Origin: Bugula neritina
Lineage: Eukaryota; Animalia; Bryozoa
NCBI GenBank assembly: GCA_964035545.1
Contig: OZ037766.1
Span: 9,600,722 to 9,664,721, forward strand
Reading direction: 5' to 3'
DNA length: 64,000 nucleotides
The notes under the pieces are model-generated. The model was not told the origin of the DNA and ran no database searches. It saw nothing but the letters and a program-made list of their open reading frames with translations. Every line of letters starts with the position of its first letter. The first letter of the stretch is position 1. Made by a program: the position numbers and the translations under genes. Below, piece after piece: positions 55,701 to 64,000 of this stretch.

Positions 55701-57332
55701 GAAAGGCAGCACCTTCCACTTCCACAAACCGTCCCGTGTGATAAACGCCGCTTTCTCTTGGGCGTCGGGACTCAGAGGAACTTGCCAATAGCCGCTTAGC
55801 AAGTCTAACGTACTGAAGTACTTGCTGCCGGCTAGGGCGTCCAATGACTCGTCAATACGAGGTAGAGGGTAGGCGTCCTGTATGGTTACGCTATTGAGTT
55901 TGCGGTAATCCACACAGAACTGCCAACTGCCGTCTTTCTTCCGGACCAGTACGACTGGCGAGCTCGACGCGCTATGGGCGGGCTCTATCAGTCCCCGGTC
56001 CAGAAGATCCCGTACTTGTCGGCTAACCTCCTTCTCTTTCTCCGGCCCCAGCCTGCGTGTGGGCTGCCGGACAGGGACTGTCCCTGCAGTCAGCGGTATT
56101 TCGTGTCTGACAATTCCAGTCAGTCCCACGTCATGCTCTCCGCTGCTGAACACATCACCGTAGTCGCGTAGTAACTTAGCCATAACTTGGCGTTCTCTGT
56201 TACCCGCGCAGCCGCTACAGGCTGTGTCATACAACTCCCGGAGATGTGTGGGGAATGCCCCTCGCCCTTGAGTAGGGTACTGAGGGAGTGCCTCCGTCGC
56301 ATCACCCAGCGACGGGCCTACGTCTTCCTCCTGAACAGAGTGAAAACGGCCCAGCATCGACCCAGCCGGGAGCTTGATAGGCTCGGTAAAGGGGTTGACG
56401 CACTGCACTAAGATCTCCCCTTGCTCAGTCAGCTGATTCAGACTGCTGGCAAGTTGGATCTTTTCGTGCGCGCCTTCAACTACCCCGAGTCCAGAGATCC
56501 GGCCATTATTCACCCTGCAGTGAATGGTAGCCCGGGAGCGGCCTGGTATGATACGGTTGCGTACCACTTGCACACCTCCCACTAGAGGGCGGCCGAACTT
56601 GTCGACGCAGGTGAGTTCCCGCCCGGACATCATCATTGCAGATCTGCTAAAATCTATGTGACATCCATGCCGTTTTAGGAACGGCATCCCGAGGATAGCA
56701 TCCTCCTTGAGCTGACTGACGATGAACGTCTCTTGGATCGTTTGATCACGGACTCGTCCCGTCAGCTCAATTATACCATAGAAGGGAAGGCACGACCCGT
56801 CAGCTAGGGTGCCGTATTCCCCTTCGTATGCTTCCATCTCGCCCCTGACCCTAGCACTGAGGGTGTCGAAGAGTTGGCGGCTTAAGAGGTTTGTGGTACA
56901 GCCCGAATCAATGAGGAAAGTAACAGCTTTGCCTTCCAGTTTACCGGGCAAGAAATAGCTGTTACCATGGGGCTGCACCTGAACTCTCTCTTCAGGCCTT
57001 ACTCTCGCAGGGAGTACCTCCTTCGCTTTGGGTCGCGAAGGAGGTCTCTTGGGGCGGTGGTAGGTAGGCCTCGGGGGTGCCGAGGCTAGATTCCCGGCTA
57101 CCTTTGTGGGCTCCCATCCAGATTCTTGGACTTGTAGCCCTGTGAATCTGTTGTGAAGGGGCATAGAAAAGGCAGCCGCGGGGCGAAGCCCCTTGCTGGT
57201 CCGTCGTGGCTGTTGCCACTGTTGGTTGCCAGTACGCGGTACCCGTCTGGGTGACCTGCGTTTCTTCTTCCCTGGGGGTTTCATCGTCGGCCCGCAGGAG
57301 GTGGGAACATCTGCGGGCCGCGGTAGTTTAAC
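52761..57332 (-). CDS. pol: Pol polyprotein (aspartic protease, reverse transcriptase, RNase H, integrase with GPY/F motif), reached by -1 frameshift
   Basis: FLIDSGC; FCVDYRKLN, LPFGL, YLDD; LDTDAS, KELLA, TDH; H-x3-H...C-x2-C, VDLVGP, HSDQG, VER; PKFVGPY. Confidence 0.97.
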   Translation of the reverse strand, partial: VKLPRPADVPTSCGPTMKPPGKKKRRSPRRVPRTGNQQWQQPRRTSKGLRPAAAFSMPLHNRFTGLQVQESGWEPTKVAGNLASAPPRPTYHRPKRPPSRPKAKEVLPARVRPEERVQVQPHGNSYFLPGKLEGKAVTFLIDSGCTTNLLSRQLFDTLSARVRGEMEAYEGEYGTLADGSCLPFYGIIELTGRVRDQTIQETFIVSQLKEDAILGMPFLKRHGCHIDFSRSAMMMSGRELTCVDKFGRPLVGGVQVVRNRIIPGRSRATIHCRVNNGRISGLGVVEGAHEKIQLASSLNQLTEQGEILVQCVNPFTEPIKLPAGSMLGRFHSVQEEDVGPSLGDATEALPQYPTQGRGAFPTHLRELYDTACSGCAGNRERQVMAKLLRDYGDVFSSGEHDVGLTGIVRHEIPLTAGTVPVRQPTRRLGPEKEKEVSRQVRDLLDRGLIEPAHSASSSPVVLVRKKDGSWQFCVDYRKLNSVTIQDAYPLPRIDESLDALAGSKYFSTLDLLSGYWQVPLSPDAQEKAAFITRDGLWKWKVLPFGLTSAPATFQRLMEQVLSGPHWKTLLIYLDDVIVISPDFETHVSRLQEVFERLRGAGLKLKPSKCALLQPEVKYLGHVVGRNGVATDPEKVRAIEDWVTPQDLTGLRAFLGLVGYYRQYIPDFAGIAQPLNRLTAKGVTWQWTPVEQEAFDRLKGCLLTAPILAYPDPTLEYILDTDASDQNVGAVLSQVQEGREVVVAYYSKSLSPTERNYCTTRKELLAVIKSVKHFRPYLYGRKFRLRTDHASLIWLCKRAEPSSQVARWLEILAEFSYRIEHRPGKRHSNAEGLSRRPDGGCKQCLNIERRDGGPPRCELETLAHHGAPFDWDQGQLRQRVDESPEDVQNLRANPVLAGNVRELKKLQEELPGVVADIYRAKREGRRPSEERIRQGCAEFRLYCQRWDSLRIGQDGLLTISLAASGRHPERKRVVCPTAIRHELIWDTHKQAHAGVKRVISKLRLRWYWPQMERDVRLRVKQCEICQASKHSRPPGEAGRRRLYAGRPWQVVAVDLVGPMPLTPRGNNWILVLTDHFTRWADALAIPDASAPTVARALDQHVFCYFGLPEQIHSDQGAQFQSQLMSDLCHLWGVNQSRTTPYHPQGNGVVERNNRMLGDALRSLLLGRGQEEWDTVLPQVMRAYRSTPHTSTGETPNLLMLGRETRVPDHITYHVPEQDNSVHEYASELVERMKAAHDILREQQWKVRHEDSDEPPLYQTGDKVWMVNYRRRRGQADKLKPKFVGPYVVVEAMPNHTYKIERSGQVSIQNESRLKPYWASPDGVGEAPPLLEPRRQTTTRGRRRHGPEYEVVIPREENLVREERQLLSTEACPPPPSLIPSLPETEPVPEVQTPTQGGAPSGEQEEVTANGEVETPLEAPTNEPASVSPPLERGQRTRQPPAYLKDFICDCVKSGVYESLGENRTRKVSSKCGSCQHHGNINFCIGGNRNKIHPPGAQSLNHAPQPRCSIFSYADAVRSRRVSKQ

Positions 57333-58234
57333 CCCTGATTTAGGAAGGGACAGTATCGGCGGAAATGCCCTTGATTTCCGCACTCTCAGCAAAAACTGAC
57401 TGTTTCTCCCTGTGGCGGCGCCGGTGGCCGCATGGGCTCAGGGGCGGTACTCACTGGGGTTTGTGGTGTCAGTGTTGCTATCAGCTTGGCTAGCATGTCT
57501 GTCAGTTGAGTGACTTTCGATGCCGTCGCCAACTGGGACACGGCAGCCGCGGCGGGGGTTTCCTCCCCTTGTCCCGCGGCCGTGTCTGCGCGGTCTATCT
57601 CCACTTGACGGGAGCTTCCGCGACTTTTATGCATTTGATTAGCTAGGAGGTAAGCTTCCCCCTCAGTCAGAGCATCTTCAACGGTGGTGACTCCCCTAGC
57701 TAGAAACTGGTGGTGGAGACCCAGATCGTCGACAGATGCTATGAAAGCGTCGAGGGTATACCTCTCGCGGTTGACTGGGGGCAAGTCGCTGTACGCGATC
57801 TGTGCCAGCTTCATGACCGCGGCGGCGTGCTCCCGCAGCGGGGTGCGGGGATCACGCCGCAACCTCTGCAATCGGGCCCTGGCATCTGTAGCAGAGAGGC
57901 CGAAGCGGGCCCGCAGAGAAGCAAAGATATTATCAATGTCTACGCCCAGCCCATAAGGCTTGGCTTTGTCCATCAATGCCATTCTAAGCTTCAGCAAGGC
58001 TACCCTAGGGGGCCACTGGGCGACGTCCATTACGTCGCTAAACTCTTGGATAAATTGTTCCACCTCCTCTTCACCCGTGAAGGTGGGCGCCTTTAACCGG
58101 TAGCGGTCTTCAGTTAGTTCTCGCGGAACCCTTCGCTCTTCTACTACATGGTTAACAGGCATTGTCTCTACAGCATTGTCTCTACGCTCACCTTCTATTG
58201 CCGGTGGTTGAGTTCCAGCATTTTCAGTCTCCAT
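57281..58234 (-). CDS. gag: Gag with CCHC zinc knuckle, interrupted by an in-frame TGA at 57386-57388
   Basis: Capsid-like APTFTGEEEVEQFI...W...LRARFG. Reading through the stop gives C*ECGNQGHFRRYC (CX2CX4HX4C) and a second stop at 57281-57283. Confidence 0.9.
57288..57332 (-). promoter_or_regulatory. -1 ribosomal frameshift signal: G_UUA_AAC, 5-nt spacer, 10-bp GC-rich stem
   Basis: Heptamer at 57332-57326 is correctly phased in the gag frame; CGGCCCGCAG/CTGCGGGCCG is a perfect stem; pol lies in the -1 frame. Confidence 0.8.
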
Positions 58235-58246
58235 CTTGGATGCACT

Positions 58247-58264
58247 ATCCCACCGCTGCCACCA
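58247..58264 (-). other. Primer binding site, tRNA-Leu
   Basis: TGGTGGCAGCGGTGGGAT, 1 nt inside the 5' LTR, is complementary to the 3' 18 nt (ATCCCACCGCTGCCACCA) of animal tRNA-Leu (AAG/TAG type). Confidence 0.9.
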
Positions 58265-58265
58265 C

Positions 58266-58570
58266 TGTTATGCTTTTCAGATTTAGGGTTGATGTGCTAT
58301 CCAGAGAGTCTATTTATTTGCTATAGAACTGCACCAGGATAAGTCGAGTGAACGAGTATATTTTACACACAATTATACATTATAAAAACGATACATTATA
58401 TTCGGACAAGTTATACATCTACTCTATTTGACACTCTAGCTTCGACTGAGTTAGCAGCGGGAAACTATACTTGCTGCTAACTATTAAACACGCTAATTGG
58501 CTATCAATTGTTCCGGGTCAATTACGCGACCCCACATGTTGTGCTGCTGGTAGCTCCACGAGCCACCACA
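58266..58570 (-). repeat. 5' LTR
   Basis: Direct repeat of 51071-51375, adjacent to the PBS. Confidence 0.98.
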
Positions 58571-59300
58571 ATAATGATTATGATATAAATAAAGATTAAA
58601 ATATGAAGTTAAATTGTTCATCAATAAGTAAATTCAATACCGTTAAATCTAACCATCATGGTCAACTTAAAGAGATAATCATTATGATGGTGATATTTAT
58701 GATCATTATCATTATTAGTTTTTACTATATAAGTGTAAGTTAGTTGAATTTACTAAGTATAAATATGATACTGATAGTGACACTGAATGTGAATAAATTT
58801 TGTCTGCATTTGAGTTTATTTGAATAAAATTAGAAAAAGTCAATCTCAAACTCAAAGTGATGAATATAATAAAATAACAATTATTGTAAGTTTGAGTTAT
58901 ACTTATAAGTTATAGTTATTTTTAATTACATTTACTGAGCATAACATAAAAAATGAAAGTAAAACTAACCGCCAACAGGTAAAGTTAAAAGTGAAACCGC
59001 ATTCTAAATGTTATCAATATTTATAGTAAAAATATATGTAACTAATAAACACATTGAACATATATACTAATGCTATAAATATATATTCATAATAATTAAA
59101 AGTTAAGAATTATATCTCAATTATAATAAATTACTAATAATTATAATGTTCATACCCTGAAATTCATGTAGTGATAGTTAGACCAATAAATTACATTTGT
59201 GATGTGATAATCATGATGATTATGATCGGAGTGTCATACTTTTCATTATCAATATAATTTTAAATGACACGTTATGATTATGGCATTACTAATACTATCA

Positions 59301-59418
59301 TTATTATTATTATTGGTTGTATCACAGCTTTTAGCTGGTGTAACCTTCTACCATCGGCCTAGTTCCACTAGGCTGGGATGGATAGCACTTTCCTCAAGAT
59401 GTGAGCTGATCCTAGTAT
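59301..59418 (-). mobile_element. Short 3'-terminal remnant of a non-LTR retrotransposon (R4/Dong-like, RLE type) ending in (TAA)n
   Basis: Minus strand encodes ILGSAHILRKVLSIPA*, resembling the LLGTA[HR]ILRKVL C-terminus of R4/Dong ORFs, followed by a short 3'UTR and TAA repeats. Confidence 0.55.
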
Positions 59419-59539
59419 GTTAAACCTACTCTCCAAGCAACCAGTAAATTTAATGATTTAATAATAATAATAATTATTATTATTTTTATTATTATTATAT
59501 CATTAAATCTACTGGTTGCTTGGAGTGTAGGTTTAGCAT
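59417..59539. repeat. Long near-perfect palindrome (arms of about 54 bp) centred on (TAA)/(TTA) repeats
   Basis: ATGTTAAACCTACTCTCCAAGCAACCAGTAAATTTAATGAT... and its reverse complement ...ATCATTAAATCTACTGGTTGCTTGGAGTGTAGGTTTAGCAT, with 4 mismatches. Confidence 0.9.
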
Positions 59540-60547
59540 GTCAATTTTAAAAACCACAAAATTGAGTGGCTAGAAGTATTACATTTGCCGCCTTATTCCT
59601 ATTTTAAAATAGTCAAACCTCCACCTGTGCATACTTTCTAAATAAGCTGAGTTAAATTGAAGATGTAATAAATTCAATACTGGAAGTTGGAATTTTTAAA
59701 TAGACTTTCAAAAATCATTGGCTTGTCAAGGTTTGGCTCATTTTACCAATTAATTCGAATTGAACATTTTGGTTGATTTTCTACGAGTTTTTGAACGTTG
59801 TATGACCTAAAGTCCCAGAATTTTTTCAGTATTTATAGCAAAGCAAGCCTTTAAATATATTTTTCTATTTAATAGTGTTCTGGTGGAAACTATACCAAGT
59901 TATTCTAGCATTTAAATACTTTTACTATTCAAAAAATTTGATGGCTAAGCCTAATGTCTCCCCTAATGAAAATGAGTTTGTGGTTTTTCAACTAAAAATC
60001 GCTCATCATGCTGTAAATACTCATTATATCCTGAGATGGTTTGTCATAGGTTGATACTATTGATACTACACTAAATCCTTAGTATAATTTTCTCGTAGTA
60101 TGCAACAGCTATAGTTTCAAATTTAAATTGTTGTGTTAATTGCACGGTGTAGTTATAGTCATTATAGAGATAATTGGTAACTTAGAATTCCTTTGCCCGT
60201 GTTGGTTTTTACTTTACAGCTAACGCTAAGCTGTACCAACAACATCATATGTCTTGCTTCTCTATAGTCTATAGTATTGTGTCGTCAGCTTTGTATTTGT
60301 AACCACTTTTGGGTCTATAGATATTTCAACCTGTAAACTTTAAACAATAATTGTCAGGTTGAAATCATTTTGTGCCAAGCAACTTAATATATAGCTTACA
60401 AATTAAAGATAATGATATGAAGGTAACGTATCAAAGGTGCTTTTTACAAAACCAACATTTTTTCCATAATGGTTTAGCTTTTCTGAGACTTCTACTTAAT
60501 TAACTGTTTCGATTATTTTTTAGATTACTGGTGACCGATATCTTGGA

Positions 60548-63237
60548 ATGCATATAAAAAGAAGGATGTCCAAAATCCTACGTACAGTTGCCAAATCATC
60601 AGCTGTAACAAAAGTGTTTCAAGCAGTAGAGACTTCTTCATTAGTTTATCAAATTATACAAACACTTCCACCTTTAAGCTTACTTTTATTTAGCTTCTAT
60701 ATTGGTTGTGGTGTTAACTGGATATTAGTGGATGCCCTGTTCGTTATTATATTATTTATAATTATTTGTGGTAAGTACAACTGTCAACGAAAAGGACTTT
60801 GAAGTTCTCTGTTCAAACATGTATATTATTGGTGTTTTTTGGCTAAATGAAGTTTTTATTTTCATGGATTATCTGTAGTTTATTTACGTTGCTTGTAGCA
60901 CTGCTTTACTATGCACAAGATCTGCTATTGTATTACCCAAATGAACCAACAACATCTCGCTTGTTTGTGCCGAGCCCCTCACACTATGGAGATTTGAATT
61001 ATGAAAATGTTACTATAACAACTACTGATGGAACTGAAATACATGCTTTCTTCATAAAACATTATAACAGCAAAGAAAAGCCTACCATTATCATGCTTCA
61101 TGGTAATGCAGGCAACATAGGATATAGGCAAGTTTGTCATGTTTTCCTGTAAATTTTTGTCCTCAATGTAGCTAATTTATTTAGAATATATACTGTATAT
61201 AATTATTGAATGTGTTCCATGGTGTTATAAATTGGATTTTGTAACTCAATCATTAAATTTTCTTCTAATAGGTGTAAAGAACTTAATCTTTACATTGATT
61301 TATTTGTAGGGTAGGGAATGCAAACCGATTGCTGAATGAGTGCGGCACAAACGTTCTCTTGCTAGAGTACAGAGGGTATGGACTTAGTGGAGGTGTGATT
61401 TCAGAAACTGGTTAGTTTTTATATTAACCAATCGTTAGTGCTGTGAGCTATGGTGGGAATACTCAAATTATCACTCTTGGAGTAGTCTGCTCTCTCTTGT
61501 ATGCTATTACCTTGAATTATAATTAGCATTTAGAAATCATTCTTCCTGATTTATCTACTTTCATGTGCTGCTACTGATAAAATACTAATTCAAGGACACT
61601 AAAAAGCTCCTTGATATTCTATTATCAAACTAAAACAGTTTAACAAAATGTATGCGTCCTTTTGCTGGGTCCTCATCAGGATTTCCCCTAACTAGGTTGA
61701 AGGGAAATTTACTGTTCATGAACAAAAAACAAAATCATTCTAGCAACCATATATGTGGCATAGTAGTGCTTGCTTATTACCTGCTTGTTCGAAATATAAT
61801 GTTGCTTCACCTGCATCTTGTCCCAGGTAGATACACACCTTTGCCCTGCAAACAATTACTTTATAGTGAACTCTGATTTTATAGAATAACCTGAATTTAG
61901 TAGTGTGAAAGGCATTTCAATGACCAGAGTTCTAATTTTTATATAAAATATAAAAATTATTTTTGCAAATTCTTTTTTTTTTCATAACATCTTAGAGGCA
62001 TTTGATTAAGGAACATTCAACAGATCTCTGTTACCTAGAACACAGATTTTTGAATCTTTTCCATCAATGCTTGTGGCTGTTGTCATTTTAACTTATTCAT
62101 CATTGTGATTAATACTTTCAGCTTTTTGTGGGAAATAGAAAAAAGCTTACCAGAGGCAATATGTGTTGTGTTTTGTTTGCTAAAACATGAATATAAGTTC
62201 CAATGTCTATTGGTGTTGTGACCTCGTGAAAAGATTTATAGTATGCATAGTTACCTGTGGTGCCAAACCCTTTGAGCACTTCTGTAATTGGAAATTTTCT
62301 CCAATTAGTTGTGCAATTTTAACATTGCAATAGACTTGCTCAAGATAACAAGACACTTTACCGGAGCTGGTTCAATGTTTTCCTACTGGATTTGACTATT
62401 TGTATTTTTCAAATCTGTTTAATTTTCTTCTGCATATTTACCAATTTTGTTTAGCATTGTTATCTGGAAGCTAGATGCCGCATTTTTTAATTTGTTGTCA
62501 TAAAATAAGTATTTTAAAGCAATAACTTAAACTTTAGGTTTATACAATGACGGAATATCAGCTGTTAAGTATCTTAAGAGTAGACCAGATGTGGACCCAA
62601 ACAGGATAATCTTGCATGGGAGATCACTTGGTGGTGCGGTGGCAATAAACGTCGCAGTACAAGACACATGTTCTGATGTACAAGCTATAATTATTGAAAA
62701 TACATTTACAACTTTATCAGATGTAGCAAAAAGAGTTCTCAATATTTCCCTGGTCAAGGTTTGTATTCATTCCTATAAATATGTAAAAAGTAAAAAAAAA
62801 ATTATGCATACTTGATTTTCTTAGTGACCGTTTATAATAAGTTTTGTTATATAACCGTTTTTCGATGTATAGATTTATTTTTTAAAAAAATAGTTTCATG
62901 TTATATTTTGTCTCATAAGGTTGACAACTTCAACTGCTATATTTACAATTTTTATTACAACCTAAAAGCCTTATTTCTTTTTTAAAGCAAGCATTCTGGT
63001 ATTTTACAGCTTGTGCAAAGTCTACATATTCAGTATGCTGTCTTCAAAACTATTTCCTCGTCAATTGTTGTATCTTAGAAATATTTGATGGCTGTATTTT
63101 AGTATATTCCTGATTGGTGCTATAAAAATAAGTACCGAAGCATAGAAAAAATAGCCAATGTTAGACACCCAACTCTGTTCCTCTCTGGTAGATTTGACAC
63201 TCTTGTCCCACCACGTCACATGGATGCTTTGTATATG
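60548..63237 (+). CDS. ABHD13: Alpha/beta hydrolase ABHD13-like; exons 60548-60770, 60899-61127, 61310-61410, 62538-62758, 63103-63237; continues past the window
   Basis: LYYAQDLLLYYPNEPTTSRLFVP, HGNAGNIG, LEYRGYGLS, nucleophile GRSLGG, IIIENTFT, WCYKNKY and LFLSGRFDTLVPP. Confidence 0.92.
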
Positions 63238-64000
63238 GTTAGTACTTTCACTAATTTTTTCATATACAGAATTCTTCTCTAAAACTAGTCAATCGTCTAG
63301 TAGATCTGTTGAACAAATTTTGCCTCAAAATTTTAACCATAAAATTTTGTACTGAGCAGTGATTCTATTTTTCAAAAGTAATATTGGAACTAATATATCA
63401 CTCAGTTCCATTAAACCTCAGCAGTTGTTAAATTTACCGACTCCATTGACCATGTTTTTAAAGTATTGTCAGCAGTCACTGGTACTCCAGATTTCAAGCA
63501 TTGTGACCTAATTTTCTCTGACTCCAATATATATTTTTGTGTAATTTTAGCAACAACCAGTACCAATAATGTCCTCATATGTACTAATGATATGAGCATA
63601 CATTTACTTTGGATGTGTGAATTAGTTCTGCTGCTTGACAGGATTGAAAAGTTTGAGTCATCTCAAAAAAATAATTTCATTCTCAAATTGATATTTATCC
63701 AAAATTCTTTACTAATTTAAATTGAATTAGATGAAGGTTTTCAAATCCAAGTATTTTTTAACAAATATAGCTTCACTACATGTCAATGCATAATATAGGT
63801 TTATATTTAATCAATTGGTCTATGATCTTCATAAAGATAATAATTAATATTTGAAACAAAGTGTTCAAACATGCAGCATAGTTTTATTTAAAGCTGCTCA
63901 AATGTTTTAACTCATAGGTTAATGCTCAATTTTACATCTTATTTGTTCCTATTTTTGTTAGAACTTTTTTTCAACTCTATGGCTAATCTTTAGTATATTA

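Larger units (their letters stand above)
51071..58570 (-). mobile_element. Full-length Ty3/gypsy LTR retrotransposon (7.5 kb) with gag, pol and an additional ORF3
   Basis: Two 305-bp TG...CA LTRs differing at 2 positions, 4-bp TSD ATAA (51067-51070 and 58571-58574), tRNA-Leu PBS, PPT, and domain order PR-RT-RH-IN. Confidence 0.99.

Noticed and set aside
57386-57388. Selenocysteine or consensus readthrough codon in gag
   Set aside because: The position corresponds to Trp, not a Cys ligand; the context UGA-GAG is not the UGA-CUA readthrough motif; no SECIS was recognised.
58247-58264. tRNA-Leu gene
   Set aside because: Only the 18-nt 3' end including CCA is present, which is a primer binding site; there is no cloverleaf.

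Overview
AT-rich, intron-rich DNA of an invertebrate animal (species not determinable from sequence). In order: 3' end of a CYLD-like deubiquitinase (+) with both visible catalytic residues replaced; an orphan 2-TM gene (-); TRAPPC11 (-) head-to-head with VKORC1 (+); MCM10 (+) tail-to-tail with a 2038-aa RNase L/IRE1-type kinase-KEN gene (-) whose kinase and RNase active sites both look dead; a young full-length 7.5-kb Ty3/gypsy LTR retrotransposon (-); and most of ABHD13 (+). The most novel element is the retrotransposon. In the env position it has a third ORF that is not an envelope but a zinc-finger / Arg-Ser-Pro / coiled-coil protein, with phase-compatible splice signals for a subgenomic mRNA, resembling a complex-retrovirus regulatory gene. 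Other points: a tandem array of splice donors at the end of TRAPPC11, and ACT/AGT-hexamer tracts restricted to gene 5' ends. All gene models and family calls were made by hand from recalled family motifs; no searches were run.
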